From Octopus bimaculoides (Eukaryota), in the NCBI RefSeq assembly GCF_001194135.2, contig NC_068987.1:60758940-60814023 (forward strand): DNA of 55,084 nucleotides, given 5' to 3'. Both the position numbers and the translations under genes were made by a program. This document shows, one piece after another, positions 37,748 to 50,230 of this stretch. The notes under the pieces are model-generated. The model made no database searches, had not been told where the DNA came from, and saw only the letters and a list, made by a program, of their open reading frames with translations. The stretch's first letter is position 1. The number at the start of each line of letters is the position of its first letter.

Positions 37748-38689
37748 TCTAGGTTTTAACAACATCTTACAACACAATCTCAATGTGACAGGTAATAGTT
37801 GTAGCGACTTCAATATTCTAAACTAGTTACTCTTAAGTTTACTTTTTCATTCTTCTGAACTGATAATATAAATACCAGCAACATAAGTGATTACTTTTAA
37901 ATCACTTACTTGCTCATCATCATCATCATCATCGTCAATATTTTAATTTCCATCTTCCATGCTTCCATGGATTGGATGGTTTCATAGCATCCAAGAGAGT
38001 CAAGGACTTGTACTCCAGGGTTTGCTTTCGTGTTGTTTCTATGGCTAGATACCCTTCTTAATACCAACCATTTTACAGAGCATACTGACAGCTTTTGTGG
38101 GCGTGGGGTAGCACCCAATACGAGTGAGAGTATCATACAGCTCACTTAACTAAAATCCCTTTTGGCTAAGTGGGGTTACAGCAGAGAGGGAAGCAATTTC
38201 ATTTCTTATAATAATTAACTCAAAAGCTAATTATTATAAGACATTGTTTTATGCAGCAGCTGCTTATTCAGAAGTTCAAGAGTTTTTGACATCAATTCCT
38301 AATTGTTACTACTTCATTTTCATTAATTAGTGCCCATTAAAATACTATGAATATCACATCTTCCCAATTTTATCTAATTCCTCTCCATTTACTTCATACC
38401 TTAAGCAATAAAAACGACTCTGCTTTTTTTCACTTTGCAAAGGAAAAAACAGAAGTGCTTTTATTCTATTCTGTTTCATGAAGCATTTGCTACATTGTTA
38501 CCAAGGGTAGTTTATGATTAGTCACTGTCATTACCCCAAAGTCAATAAAATTTTAGTCAATGTCATTATCCTAAGGTCAGTAAAATATCATTCAAGTACT
38601 TGAATTTAATGTGATCAGTTAAACCCATTCCAGAATTTGTATCCTTTACACTAAAGTACTAGTGGAATGGTTAAAGTTTCAGACAAGAT

Positions 38690-40804
38690 TCCTTGTGTTT
38701 TTTACCAGATTTTTAGTTCTGAGTTCAACTTCTACCAAGAATAACTTTGCCATTCATCCTTTTGAGGTTGATAAAGTAAAGTACCAATCTAGTATTGGGT
38801 TGGTGTAATCAACCAATTTATTCCCGACAAATTTAAGCCTTGTGCTTACATTAGAAACAATTGTTATTATCATTAACATCATTATTGATATTATCTGGGC
38901 AGTAAATTGTCAGAATTGTCAGAGCACCAAATAAAATGCTTTGCAGTATTTCTTTTAGCTCTTTATGTTCTAGTTTCAAAACTCACTCAAGTCAACTTTG
39001 CCTTTCATCTTTTCGGGTTCAATAAAATAAAGTACCAGTCAAATATGATATATACCAGTCAAGATGATATTGACTAACCCACCACCCTAAAAACTTTGTT
39101 GGTTTTGTGCTTAAATCACAAACCATTCTTATTATTATTATCATTATCCAGGCAGCGAGCTGGCAGAATCATTAATACGCTAGGTAAAAAGCTTAGTGGC
39201 ATTTCGTCTGACTGCACATTGAGTTCAAATTCCTCAAATGTCAACTTTGCATTTCATCCTTTCAGGGTTGATAAATTAAATACCAGTGAAACACTGGAGT
39301 CAATGTAATCAACTAATCATCTCCCCAAAATTTCATGCCTTGTGCCTTCAGTAGAAAGGATTATCATCATCATCATTAAGGCAGCAAGCTGGCAGAATCA
39401 TTATTGTGTCAGACAAAATGCTAAGCAGCATTTCTTCTGACTTTACAGTCTGAGTTGAAATACTGCTGTGGTCGATTTTGTTTTTAATCCTTTCAGGATT
39501 GATAGAATAAAGTACAGGTCAGGTACTGGGGTCACTATAATCCCATAAAATTGCTGGCCTTGTGCTAAAATTTGAAACATCATCTTTATTATTATAATTA
39601 TTGTAATTATTATAAATATTTGTGAAGGCGCATGGCTCAGTGGTTAGAGCGTCGAGCTTACGATCGTGAGGTTGTGAGTTCGAATCCTGGACCGGGCTGC
39701 ATGTTGTGTTCTTGAGCAAGACAATTTATTTCACATTGCTCCAGTCCACTCAGCTGTAGAAATTAGTTCTGACGTCACTGGTGCCAAGCTGTATCGGCCT
39801 TTGCCTTTCCCTTGGATAACACTGGAGGCATGGAGAGGGGAGTCTGGTATGCATGGGCGACTGCTGGTCTTCCATAAAAACAACCTTGCCCGGACTTGTG
39901 CCTCAGAGGGTAACTTTCAAGGTGCAATCCCATGGTCAGTCATGACCGAAGGGGGTCTCTCTCTCAGTATAGTAATTATTATTAAGGTAGTGAGCTAGCA
40001 GATCATTAATACACTGGACGAAATTCTCATCCCTCTCTACATTCTGGGTTCAAATTCCACTGAGATAATCTTTGCCTTTCATCCCTTCAGGGACTATAAA
40101 ATAAGTACCAGTTGACCACTGCAGTCAATGTTATCGACTTACCCCTTTTCCAATATTGCTGGCCTTGTGCCATCATCATCATTATTATTGTTATATTTGA
40201 CTTACTCTGTTTGTTGCTGGAGAGATCATTAATGTAGTTGGTCTACTTCCCATTAACTAGGGCTTTCACAGAGACTCCTTGCACTTCCAAATAATACTGT
40301 ATTCTGGATTTGCTCTATTTTCCTTTTTTTTTTTTTGTCTGTCTTTTCTGACCACTTTTCAACTTCTTTGCTCCACCATTATTTATTGACTCATTGTACA
40401 CATTTTTACTTTGTGCATTGTACCTAGAGCACCAACAATTATTGGCACATTATATACCATTTTCTTCCTTTGCTCACTATACCAAGGGCACTATTAGTTA
40501 CCGGCACAATAAACACCTTTTAGTTTCATTATCATTTTTATTATTATTATTGTTATTATTATTATTATCATTATTACTATTATTATTGCAACCAGCTGGC
40601 AGAATTTTTGGCACACTGGACAAAATTCTTAATGCCTTTTTGTCTGTCTTTATGTTCTGAGTTCAAATTCTACCGAGGTCAACTTTGTCCTTTATCCTTT
40701 TGGGGATTGATATGATAAATACAAGTCAAGTACTGGGGTCAAAGTAATCAACTAGCACCTCACACCCAAAATTTTCAGGCCTTGTACCTGTAGTAGAAAG
40801 GATG

Positions 40805-40848
<44 letters not shown>

Positions 40849-41055
40849 GGTGGTAAGCTGGCAGAACTGTTAGCACACCGGACAAAATACTTAACAGTAT
40901 TTTGTTCATCTTGACATTCTGTGTTCAAACTCTGCCAAAGTTGACTTTGCCTTTCATTCTTTTGGGGTCAGTGAAATCAACTAGTTCCTTTTCCACAAAA
41001 TTTCAGGCCTTGTGCCTATTGTAGAAAGAATTATTATTCTGATTATAACTATTAT
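38690..41055 (+). mobile_element. Train of about 7 same-strand SINE family A copies separated by (ATT)n/(ATC)n tails, with one family D insertion
   Basis: Heads at about 38690 (partial), 38895, 39149, 39378, 39982, 40591 and 40846. Confidence 0.85.
39627..39963 (+). mobile_element. Young SINE family D with intact tRNA-like Pol III promoter
   Basis: A box TGGCTCAGTGG and B box GTTCGAATCC, followed directly by about 260 bp of repeat body that is also present inverted at 15305-15622. Confidence 0.88.
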
Positions 41056-41119
41056 TATTACCATTATTTGTTCAGGGTTTACAGTTATATCTCATTCTAA
41101 ATATATAAAGATGGGCACT

Positions 41120-41966
41120 TGTGGCTTGGCTGTATCGTTAAGAAGTTCATTTCCCAACCACATGATTTCCAGTTCAGTCCCACTGCACAGTTCTCTGGGC
41201 AAGTGTTTTCTGTTGTAGCCCCAAAACAACTTATGAAAGAATTTGGTTGATGGAAACTGAAAAAAGCCCATCATTTGATGTATATGTGCATCCACACACG
41301 CATAAATATACATACAAACAGACACACACACACATAAACATGTGTGTGTTTGTTTGCATTTGTGCTGTACAAAAGTTGCAAGCAACAAGCAGTGTTATCA
41401 CTTTCCCTGTCAACAAATTGTCCATTCACTTTATACCTTCAAAGACATGTGAAATATGATATCTCTTACTTGAAAAGCAAGCAGGTATGGGTTAGTGACA
41501 GAAAGAGCATCCAACTTCAGAACGATGCCTCAGTGAGATATTTGTCTAACCCATACCAGCATGGTAAAACAAACAAAAACGGACCAAATTGTAGGCACAC
41601 ATGCTGGGTGGGGGTGAATATTTTATATTCGATAATATACTTTATTATTTTAATCACTCAAATAGTTAGGAAGGCACTTTTAGATACTTCTTTCTATATC
41701 TAAATTCTTACTTTGCACTTTGGATGGTATTAGGAAATTCTTAAAGCAAGGCAGCAAGCTGGCAGAATTATTAGCATGCCAGACAAAATGTTTAGCAGCA
41801 TTTTGTCCGTCTTTATTTTCTGAGTTCAAATCCTGCCAAAGTCAACGTTGCCTTTCATTCTTTCAGGATAGATTAAATAAGTACCAGTTGAGCACTGGGA
41901 TCGATGTAACCGTCTAGCCTCCTCCCTCAAAATTTCAGGGCTTATTCCTGTAGTAGAAAGGATTAT
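41120..41966 (+). mobile_element. SINE B 5' half (about 41120-41340) and SINE A copy (about 41748-41966)
   Basis: Matches to the respective consensus sequences. Confidence 0.75.
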
Positions 41967-42107
41967 GAGATTGTTAAATATACTTGAGATTAAATAATTT
42001 AACAACTGAAAATAAAAAAAAGTTAGAGAGGAAAAAGGAGAAAATTGTTGAAGTCTTTTATAACTATTTCATTAAACACACTTTCTACTATTCTCTGGTG
42101 CCTTCAG

Positions 42108-42137
42108 CCACTGGATATGGTTAAAAAGAGAGGATGA
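42108..42137 (+). CDS. TP53I11: Probable terminal coding exon of TP53I11-like gene (PLDMVKKRG*)
   Basis: Pyrimidine-rich acceptor CTTTCTACTATTCTCTGGTGCCTTCAG, phase 0 matching the 36632 donor, TGA at 42135-42137. Followed by repeat-poor sequence and AATAAA at 42336. No homology support; inferred from splice signals only. Confidence 0.62.
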   Translation, partial: PLDMVKKRG

Positions 42138-45100
42138 GCAATGGCTAGAAGAATACTGAGTGAAGCCTAATAGCCAGTTGATCCAGCAAATAGGATCTCA
42201 TCTTAGTGTGCAATAATAACTGTTGAGAGGAAGGCCCTCAGATGGTGCACATTCTCTCCTGATGACCCCTATAAACCTGCTAGTATTTGATATATGGAAC
42301 TTTCAACTGATAGCACTTGTATCAGTAAGTTTACAAATAAAGTCTACAAAAATAGTATGAATAGCTCAGGTGTAATAGAATTTATCATTATAAAGCCAAG
42401 TATTATAATTCAGCTGATCCTGACATGCTAAAAATGTTTTTTACTCCCAGATTTACCATTGACTGTTTATTTGTTCCTTCTCTTTACTCCTACCATACCT
42501 ATGTCGTATACTGATTAATACTGCTCAATCAGGCAACCAGACATAGCTTCAATTACTGATGTTAATATCATTAGCATAATTGTTTTAAATTTGTTGTTAA
42601 TAAGTTGAAAATCAGAACTTGATTCACTGAACAGTTAAAATGATTAAGATAGATGCCTTAACAAGTTTCAGGGAGTTCATTACTGTCGGATAATGTCTTC
42701 TCAAACTAGTGCTTATGTCACTGTAATTAGCTACATAAATTTTGTAATTAAATTGAATGAGTTTAAATCATTAACAACATCATGGCATTTTTAATAAGAT
42801 ATATATATATAAAACATTTAATTATGGCCATTGTCAAGACACATTACCCTTCTGTGTGATAAAACTCAACTGAAAAGGCAGTTATCATTTTGCATTCCAT
42901 TTTTAAATGTTACCATTACAAAGAGCAAGGTTCTGAATAATTCAAAGCAAACATTTGCAGTTTCAAATCCAAATTTCTCTTGTATATACAAGAGAAAATG
43001 TCTTTGATTCCACAGTCTTCTGTGTTGGAACCCTATCGGGCTTGAGTTTTTCCCTTTTACATATTTCAGATAAATATGAAACATATTAGGATTCAGGCCA
43101 ACCAATTATACTTCCCATTACATGTTTAGAACCCTTTATCAGTATAACTGTATTATTATTATTATTATTGTTGTTATTTTTTTTTTATTAGAATGGTTGG
43201 TGTAGGGGAATGCTCAGGGTTATCTGCTGCATGAAAACTTAATAGCAATGTAGGTACTTGTATACTTCATGTAGTGAGCCTAGAAATTTTATTTAATTGA
43301 AATTATACCCTTCATGATGAGAATATCCATTATGATAATGATTATTATCATGTACTTTTAATGCACCACATCAAGTATGTTAGTATTGACCTTTACTATT
43401 ATTAATAACAATGGTTGTGTGCTTATGAAGTTCATTTTGTAATCATTTGGTTCCTGGTTTGATCCCATATTAACTACAACACAGGATATGGTGTTATAAG
43501 GAAATGACTATATTACCACAGAGATACAAGAAAATTTCTACAATTTGAATTTTGTCCGATAGAATTGCTGAAAGATATCAAATAAAAAAAATTCTTAAAT
43601 CTTTAACACTTTTGCATTTAAACCAGCCATATCTGGCCAAAATATTCTACCTATTTTATGTACAAAGTAGCCAGGTCTGGCCTCTCACACCAGCCCTATA
43701 ATGTCATTCTAAAAATTAACAGCTACCTCATTAAGATTACAAAGGTACAAGATAATGCATGATTAATTCAAAGCAGTATGAATAAATTAGCATTACTTTT
43801 GACAGAATAATGTAAATGCTAAAGGCTTAAATATCTTTGGTTGGTGGGAGAGGAGTCTTAATTATTATATATAGAATATGTTGATAGAAAAGTATTTGTT
43901 TTTTCCATTTTGTTTCTTGATATTACTATGAATTATCTACAACAAAGTAAAATCTACTTCAGTAGGTTCACTACTTGCTATCCACCTTCTTCAGCTAGTA
44001 TTCTCAGGGAATGTCTTTTTCTTGTTTATTTCCACACTGCATGTAGCTAATGCTTTTTTGAGAAAATCATGTCATTCATCAAAACTCCTTCCAGGTTCCA
44101 TACCTACCACAGGAAACATTTGATATTAATGATTAATGCTGCATGTTTTCTAATGCTTTATTATGAGAAATGCATGAACATCATAACATCTCGTTCTTCA
44201 TTTGATTTAAATATAAGATCATATGGCCTATGTATCAAACCTATATTACCATTGCCTATTTTTTAACTGTTCTTAAAGAAAGCATGATTATCAAAACATT
44301 TCATTGGCTCTTTCCACAAAAGCAATTTTTTCCACTGCTTCACATCAATTTTTGTTCTAATACATACATCAAAATGTCATAAGCTGGGGAACTTTTTGTT
44401 GTTTTTTTTTTTTTTTTTTTTTTTTTTCATCACTTTTCAGTTTGGAAAAGGTTCTAATATAGATTCATTAAAGAATTAGTAATTCCTCTGAGTTATAAAA
44501 AGAATGCATTCTTAAAATCTTTTCCATAATATAAATTTTTAAGAGTCCCAACTTCTATTTTTCCCTATTGACATTACTTAATCTCTTCTCACCACACACA
44601 CACATCACACTTCACACATGTATGCATATACATAATATTTATTTATAGTATTTACATATCTGAAGACAGATATATGTTAATGCCTATGTAAATGTGATTT
44701 AGTAAAGAGTAATTTTACAAACAAATTAATAAGTAATTATGTTAGCTATATTAAGTATTTAATCTGTAATGTTCTTGGTTATAGCATTCTACTACTCAGA
44801 GTTTTGTATCTTTGTCCTTGAGCATTCATCATATAAGGGCTGGCCGGCTGGTGGAATGTTTACCACATTTGATCAGTGTTTATGAGCATGGATTTTCTGA
44901 CATCTATGATTGTTTAGTCTGGTTTGATAGCACCGTTGAGGTTTAAGTAAATGAACTTGTGTTTCATGTCAACACTTAATAAATTAGATCTGATTTTGCT
45001 TTCAATATGTCTGTTATTTTGGTCAGGCTGAATTTATTTTCCTTATGTCAGAGGCTGCAGAAATTTGAACAGGTGTGAATTTATTGCTGAGGTGTGAACC

Positions 45101-46429
45101 AGTTGTTGTTAACAATGTCATTGTTGTTTGTATCTTTTACGTGATATACATGGTTTGATAATGTGTGAAGGCAGCGTCAAGAATGAACATTCAAACTATA
45201 CACCCACCTGGAAACATGAATAAAAAAATAATTTAACATTTTAAAACTGCCTTTGATATTTGAAAGATCAATATTGATAATATTGGTTCACATTTCAGCA
45301 GCAAGTCCATATCCACAATGTACAAATTTCTGTAGTATAATGCTGAAAAATACTTTATCCTCGACCTAGCAACAAACATCAACAGAAGATCAGAGTTAAT
45401 TGTTAAGTGTTACCATGAAAACAATTTCATTTTTTAAAAACCTAGCAACAGAACTATCAGTCCAGATAAATATTCTAAAAACCAGGAGTTCATAGGCCAC
45501 CATGCCATCAAACCATACTGATAAGCTCTAACCAAAAGAGATGTATATTCCACCAGCTGGTCCCAAATGTGTAATGTCCAAGTACAAGAAGAGAACTGTC
45601 TAATGGGATGCAATAGATAAATTTTGGTACTTCTGATTTCTGATTTACAGAGTTGCATGTTGTGCATTACACTCAATCACACACAAACATACACATATGT
45701 ATACACACTAGTATTTTTCTAGAAAATACTATTAAATAGAATCTACCAAAATATAGCTATATTTTCTAGTTTTAGAATGCTATTTGCAGTCTAAATATAT
45801 CAAGTAACCAATTTCCCATTTCAGTATTCCTTTTGTTAATCAGTGTGTTTTTGTCTTTTTCCTTTGAATCATTTCAAATTCCTCTGATGGAAAATTTCAA
45901 TCAAAAATTCAATTAAATTTTTTTTTTTTTTAGCTGTTTTGAAATTTATTAAAAATTTTCTTGTAACATACATGTGTCTAAATATGTATGTATACACTTC
46001 TTTATGATATAGTCTTCTTGCTTACTGTTTTTTTTTCCTTTCCTTTTCTTTGTTGCTTTGTTGCAACATAATCCACTAAAGCCTTTATTTTGATAATCCT
46101 TAGAGATTTTCTTAGATGGACTATAGATGTGTGTCCAAAATATTATGCTTGAGTTTGTGTCTAGTTATAGGAGCTTTTGGTATTGATCCCATATTACACC
46201 AGTTAAACACATATACACTAGTGCATGCATGCACACACACATATATCATCCCCATTATCATTGGTCATTTTAAAATCCACTTTTTCTGTGCTCACATGGT
46301 GAAGACAGAATTTGTTGAGGCTGATTTTCTGTGGCTAAATGCCCATCCTGTCGCCATATATAGACATCAAACTGTTATTGATGTAGAATTTTTATTATTT
46401 AAAATCACTAAGGTAGTAAGGTGGAAAAA

Positions 46430-46830
46430 TTGTTAGAACAATGGTAAAAATGCTATGTGATATTTGTGCCAGTTTTTCACATTCTGTGCCTTTTGTTCTT
46501 CCAAAATCAAATCAAAAAAATAAAGTAGCAGTCAAATACTAGGATTGATGCTGTTAACTAAATCCTCCCCTCAAAATAGTTGGCCTTGTGCCTTGAATAG
46601 AAATCATCATCATTTATTGTCTGCCTTCCATGCTGGCATGGGTTACATGATTTGATAGGAGCTGGCCAGGTAGAAGACTTCTGTGTCTTTTATGGCTGCA
46701 TGCCCATCCTAACACCAACCACCCCACAAAATGGACAGTGCTTTTAACATGGCACCAGCACAGGTAAGGTCAGATTTGGCATGATTTTTACAGCTGGATG
46801 TCCTTCCAAATACCAACCACTTCACTGAAA
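46430..46830. mobile_element. Decayed SINE A (plus, about 46430-46605) abutting family C (minus, about 46605-46830) through a shared (ATC)n tract
   Basis: Motif matches. Confidence 0.65.
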
Positions 46831-48103
46831 TCATTTCAAAGAAAGCATATACTTTCAATACACCAACAAATATATGATGGACTTACCCTTGTTGTAAACA
46901 GTATAATGAATAAACAGCTTGCAGAAAGGGATGTAACTGGAAATTATATACAACATGCCATGTGTCAGACACAAAAGAGAGCAAACTAAGAAAAATAGAG
47001 ATGTAAAACCTAATCTAATTGATGCTGATCTCCTTCACCATTGCAGTCCACATCGCATGTGAGATCTCTTTGTTTGTCTAATAATACCAACCATATGCTT
47101 AAGTGAATTATAGACACAAACCAATATATACAAATAATATGTATAACCAGAACGTGGTGCATCAAACCACTTAGTAATATGGCTGAAATTTTGAAGGTCT
47201 CGTTATTTCAAAATAGCCTTAGACCTCAGTCTTTCAGTGTCTCAGGGATTTCTATATCTCCACAAACTAATGATAAATAGTTGTTGATTATTCTATGCTG
47301 CATATGTCCATCCTTTCCATCTAATGTTTTTAGCTATCCTGCTCACTAGTTTAGCTTGATGAGGTGTCAGCTTTGGTGCTGTACAGTTCAACCATGTAAC
47401 ATGTTCTGGATTACATGTCACCAACAGCAACTTTGAATGGCCTAATGCACACACACACACATTCATTCATACACCCACCTACACTCTCACCCACACACAT
47501 ATCAAGTAAACAAAACCATAGTATTATAAATATGTGTGTGTTCTTGTATTTTTGAGGTGATAAACAATTAATGAATCACAGTATTTTAACATTAGCTAAG
47601 TTTCTTATATCAATAAGTTTCATTAGATAGACTAGTTTTGTTGCAAACTTTTTCCTTCCAAAGACTTTTAGTCACATGAGTATACTAGTATTTCTGGTAG
47701 GATTACTGCTCTTTTTTTTTTGCACGCGTGTGTGCGTGACTGGACCCCTACCAATCATGGAATTGTTTAGAATATTATATCTTAGCTGTTATGTCAAACC
47801 CTCAATTCCAGCATCTTCAATAAAACATCCTTACTGATAAATGTAGCTTTGTTGCCAAGACTAATTTATCATGACAAGATTGCTGTCAATTATATGGAAC
47901 TCTGGAATAGTTTCCTATTGTTGTCTTTGGTTCCGTTTAATGTTTGTTGTTGTTACTTAAATGCAAGGCATTCCAATTGGACAGATTTATGGTTAAAAGT
48001 ATTACATTATTACTATCCTATTGTTTTCTATTTTAGGTTTCATGTGTTGTCTTAAATTATCCATTATTAAGGCCGTAGGCCATAGTTTGGTGTAGATTTA
48101 GCT

Positions 48104-48345
48104 CAGTGGTTCTCAAACGGGGTCCACATGGCCCTTGGGGGTTCATGTAAGATTTTGTAATAAATTTATTATACTTTGATAATACACAAACTATTTTAAC
48201 AATTTTTGTTATACAACTCCTAATAATAATTAATTATAAAAATGTAATGTAACTTCTTTTAAGCACCAAATGTCTATAGGGGGTCTAGTCATGTAAAATA
48301 GGAATCAAAAGGAACCCATAGGCAAAAAATGGGTGAGAACCACTG
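48104..48345. mobile_element. Complete hAT (Buster/Charlie) MITE, 242 bp
   Basis: Perfect 12-bp TIRs CAGTGGTTCTCA / TGAGAACCACTG and a perfect 8-bp TSD ATTTAGCT (48096-48103 and 48346-48353) with central TA. Confidence 0.95.
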
Positions 48346-49811
48346 ATTTAGCTGCTATTTGTAGCAGGTTTAGCAATCATACAGAGACTCCCACTTTGAT
48401 TGTATAAGAGAGGTTATTGTATTTTTTAGCTGTAAGTCATCAATGATAAAGCAGACATATGACCATTCCATAGTTTATTCAAATAATGTGTCTTGGATTA
48501 TATTATCCACTGAGTCTAATATTCTAGAGACAGTACAATGTGATTTTGGTGTAATTTAGTTGTTATTTGCAGCATGTCAATTAATCATGTAGAGTTGATT
48601 CTGTGAGAAATAAGGAAATGGTAGATGTGATATGAAATCAGGGAAAACATCATCAAACAGCAGTCATAGCTGGTTCATAGTCTTAACTCACAAATATCTT
48701 TTTATCATTCTAAATTACATTTGCTTAGTGACTATTGTAGGATGTAATTGAACATATACTTTTGATCTCTCATTCAAAAATGTTAAATATGAAGTATTCT
48801 GTATGCTTTAATTACCTTCAGAATAATGAAGAATTTGAGGAGGTTTAATCAAGTAATTAACACATTATTATTAATTTGGTATTTATAACATAATTAAGGG
48901 CTTTGTATTAAATTCTAATGTAAAGTTTTAATTTAACCCTTTTTGTTACCATGTTCCTGTTGCAATGCAGTCTTTGTTTCATTTAATTCTGGAAGAAAAT
49001 AAGAAAGAATTCATTAAAATAACTTTGTCATTATTAAGATGGTGTTTGGAACATAAATTAACATGAAATTTTAATGAAAGGTTTTAATTTGCATCATTTT
49101 AAAACAAGGAGTTTGCCTCATACAACCTTTGTTAGTCTCAGGTGGGTTGGTATCAAAAGATCTGTATCTTTTATCTTTCACTTGTTTCAGCCATTAGACT
49201 GTGGCCATGCTGGGGCACTACCTTGAGGAATTTTTTTAGTCAAATGACTCAGCCCCAGTTCGTTTTTTTTTTTTTAAGCCTGGTACTTATTCTATTGGTC
49301 TCTTTTGCCAAACCACTAAGTTATGGGGACATAAACACACCAGCACCAGTTGTCAAGTAGTGCCATTGTTTCAATATGTTCATCTGCCAAAATAGTTCAC
49401 ATCTACCATTGCATCTCATGATTTCAATGTAAACCTGGTTCAGGTGGTTTACATGTTAATTAACCCATAGTTGGGTCCCGGACGGATGCTACTACACTGG
49501 CTGAGAGTAAACTTAAGAACAATAGTGGCTAACAGATGGTTCCGCCCTCCTCAATACCCTAGAATTTGGAATTTCCAGGATTTTAAGGAGTGTGGAATAA
49601 TCTCTTAGACAGTATTGTTCCTAGGTCTATGCTGACCCAGAATAGTGGTAATATTCTGGGTATGGCTTTAAAACTGCATCCAATAGTTGGACCTTGGCTC
49701 AGGTCTTCCACCATACAGAAATGGTAATGTTTACCATTGAGTGGATGTACATACTGTACAAGAATAGATGTGAAAATATGTTTTAGAGAACTCGTGTATA
49801 ATTGATATATA

Positions 49812-50230
49812 GGTGCAGGCATAGCTATGTGGTAAGAAGTTTGCTTCCCAACCACATGTGTGGCACCTTGGGCAAGTGTCTTCTACTATATCCTTGGGCT
49901 GACCAAAGCTTTGTGAGTGGATTTGGTAGACAGAAACTGAAAGAAGCCCTGTGTGTATGTATTTATATTTATATGTGTGTGTGTGTGTATGTCTTTGTGT
50001 CTGTGTTCCCTGCGCATGTGCCACCGCCTCCACCACCACCATCACTTGATGACCGATGTTGGTGTATTTACATCCTCATAATTTAGCAGTTTGGCAAAAG
50101 AGACCATTAGAGTAAGTACTAGGCTTACAAAGAATAAGTCCTGGGGTCGATTTCTTTGACTAAAAATAAATTAAAAAACCTTTAAGGCAGTGCTACAGCA
50201 TGGCCACAATCAAATGACTGAAGTAAAAGA
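49812..50230 (+). mobile_element. SINE family B copy (an antisense 3' half also lies at about 49170-49350)
   Basis: Matches the family B consensus. Confidence 0.82.

Noticed and set aside
39627-39700. tRNA gene
   Set aside because: It has A and B boxes, but no clean acceptor or anticodon stems or terminator, and it runs into a repeat body that recurs at 15.3 kb. It is a SINE head.
38690-41055. CRISPR-like or otherwise regular repeat-spacer array
   Set aside because: The units are about 220-bp diverged SINEs with irregular spacing in a eukaryotic intron; there are no short identical repeats and no cas genes.
45434-45676. 80-aa minus-strand ORF with hydrophobic end
   Set aside because: No recognisable family and weak splice context; the length is compatible with chance.
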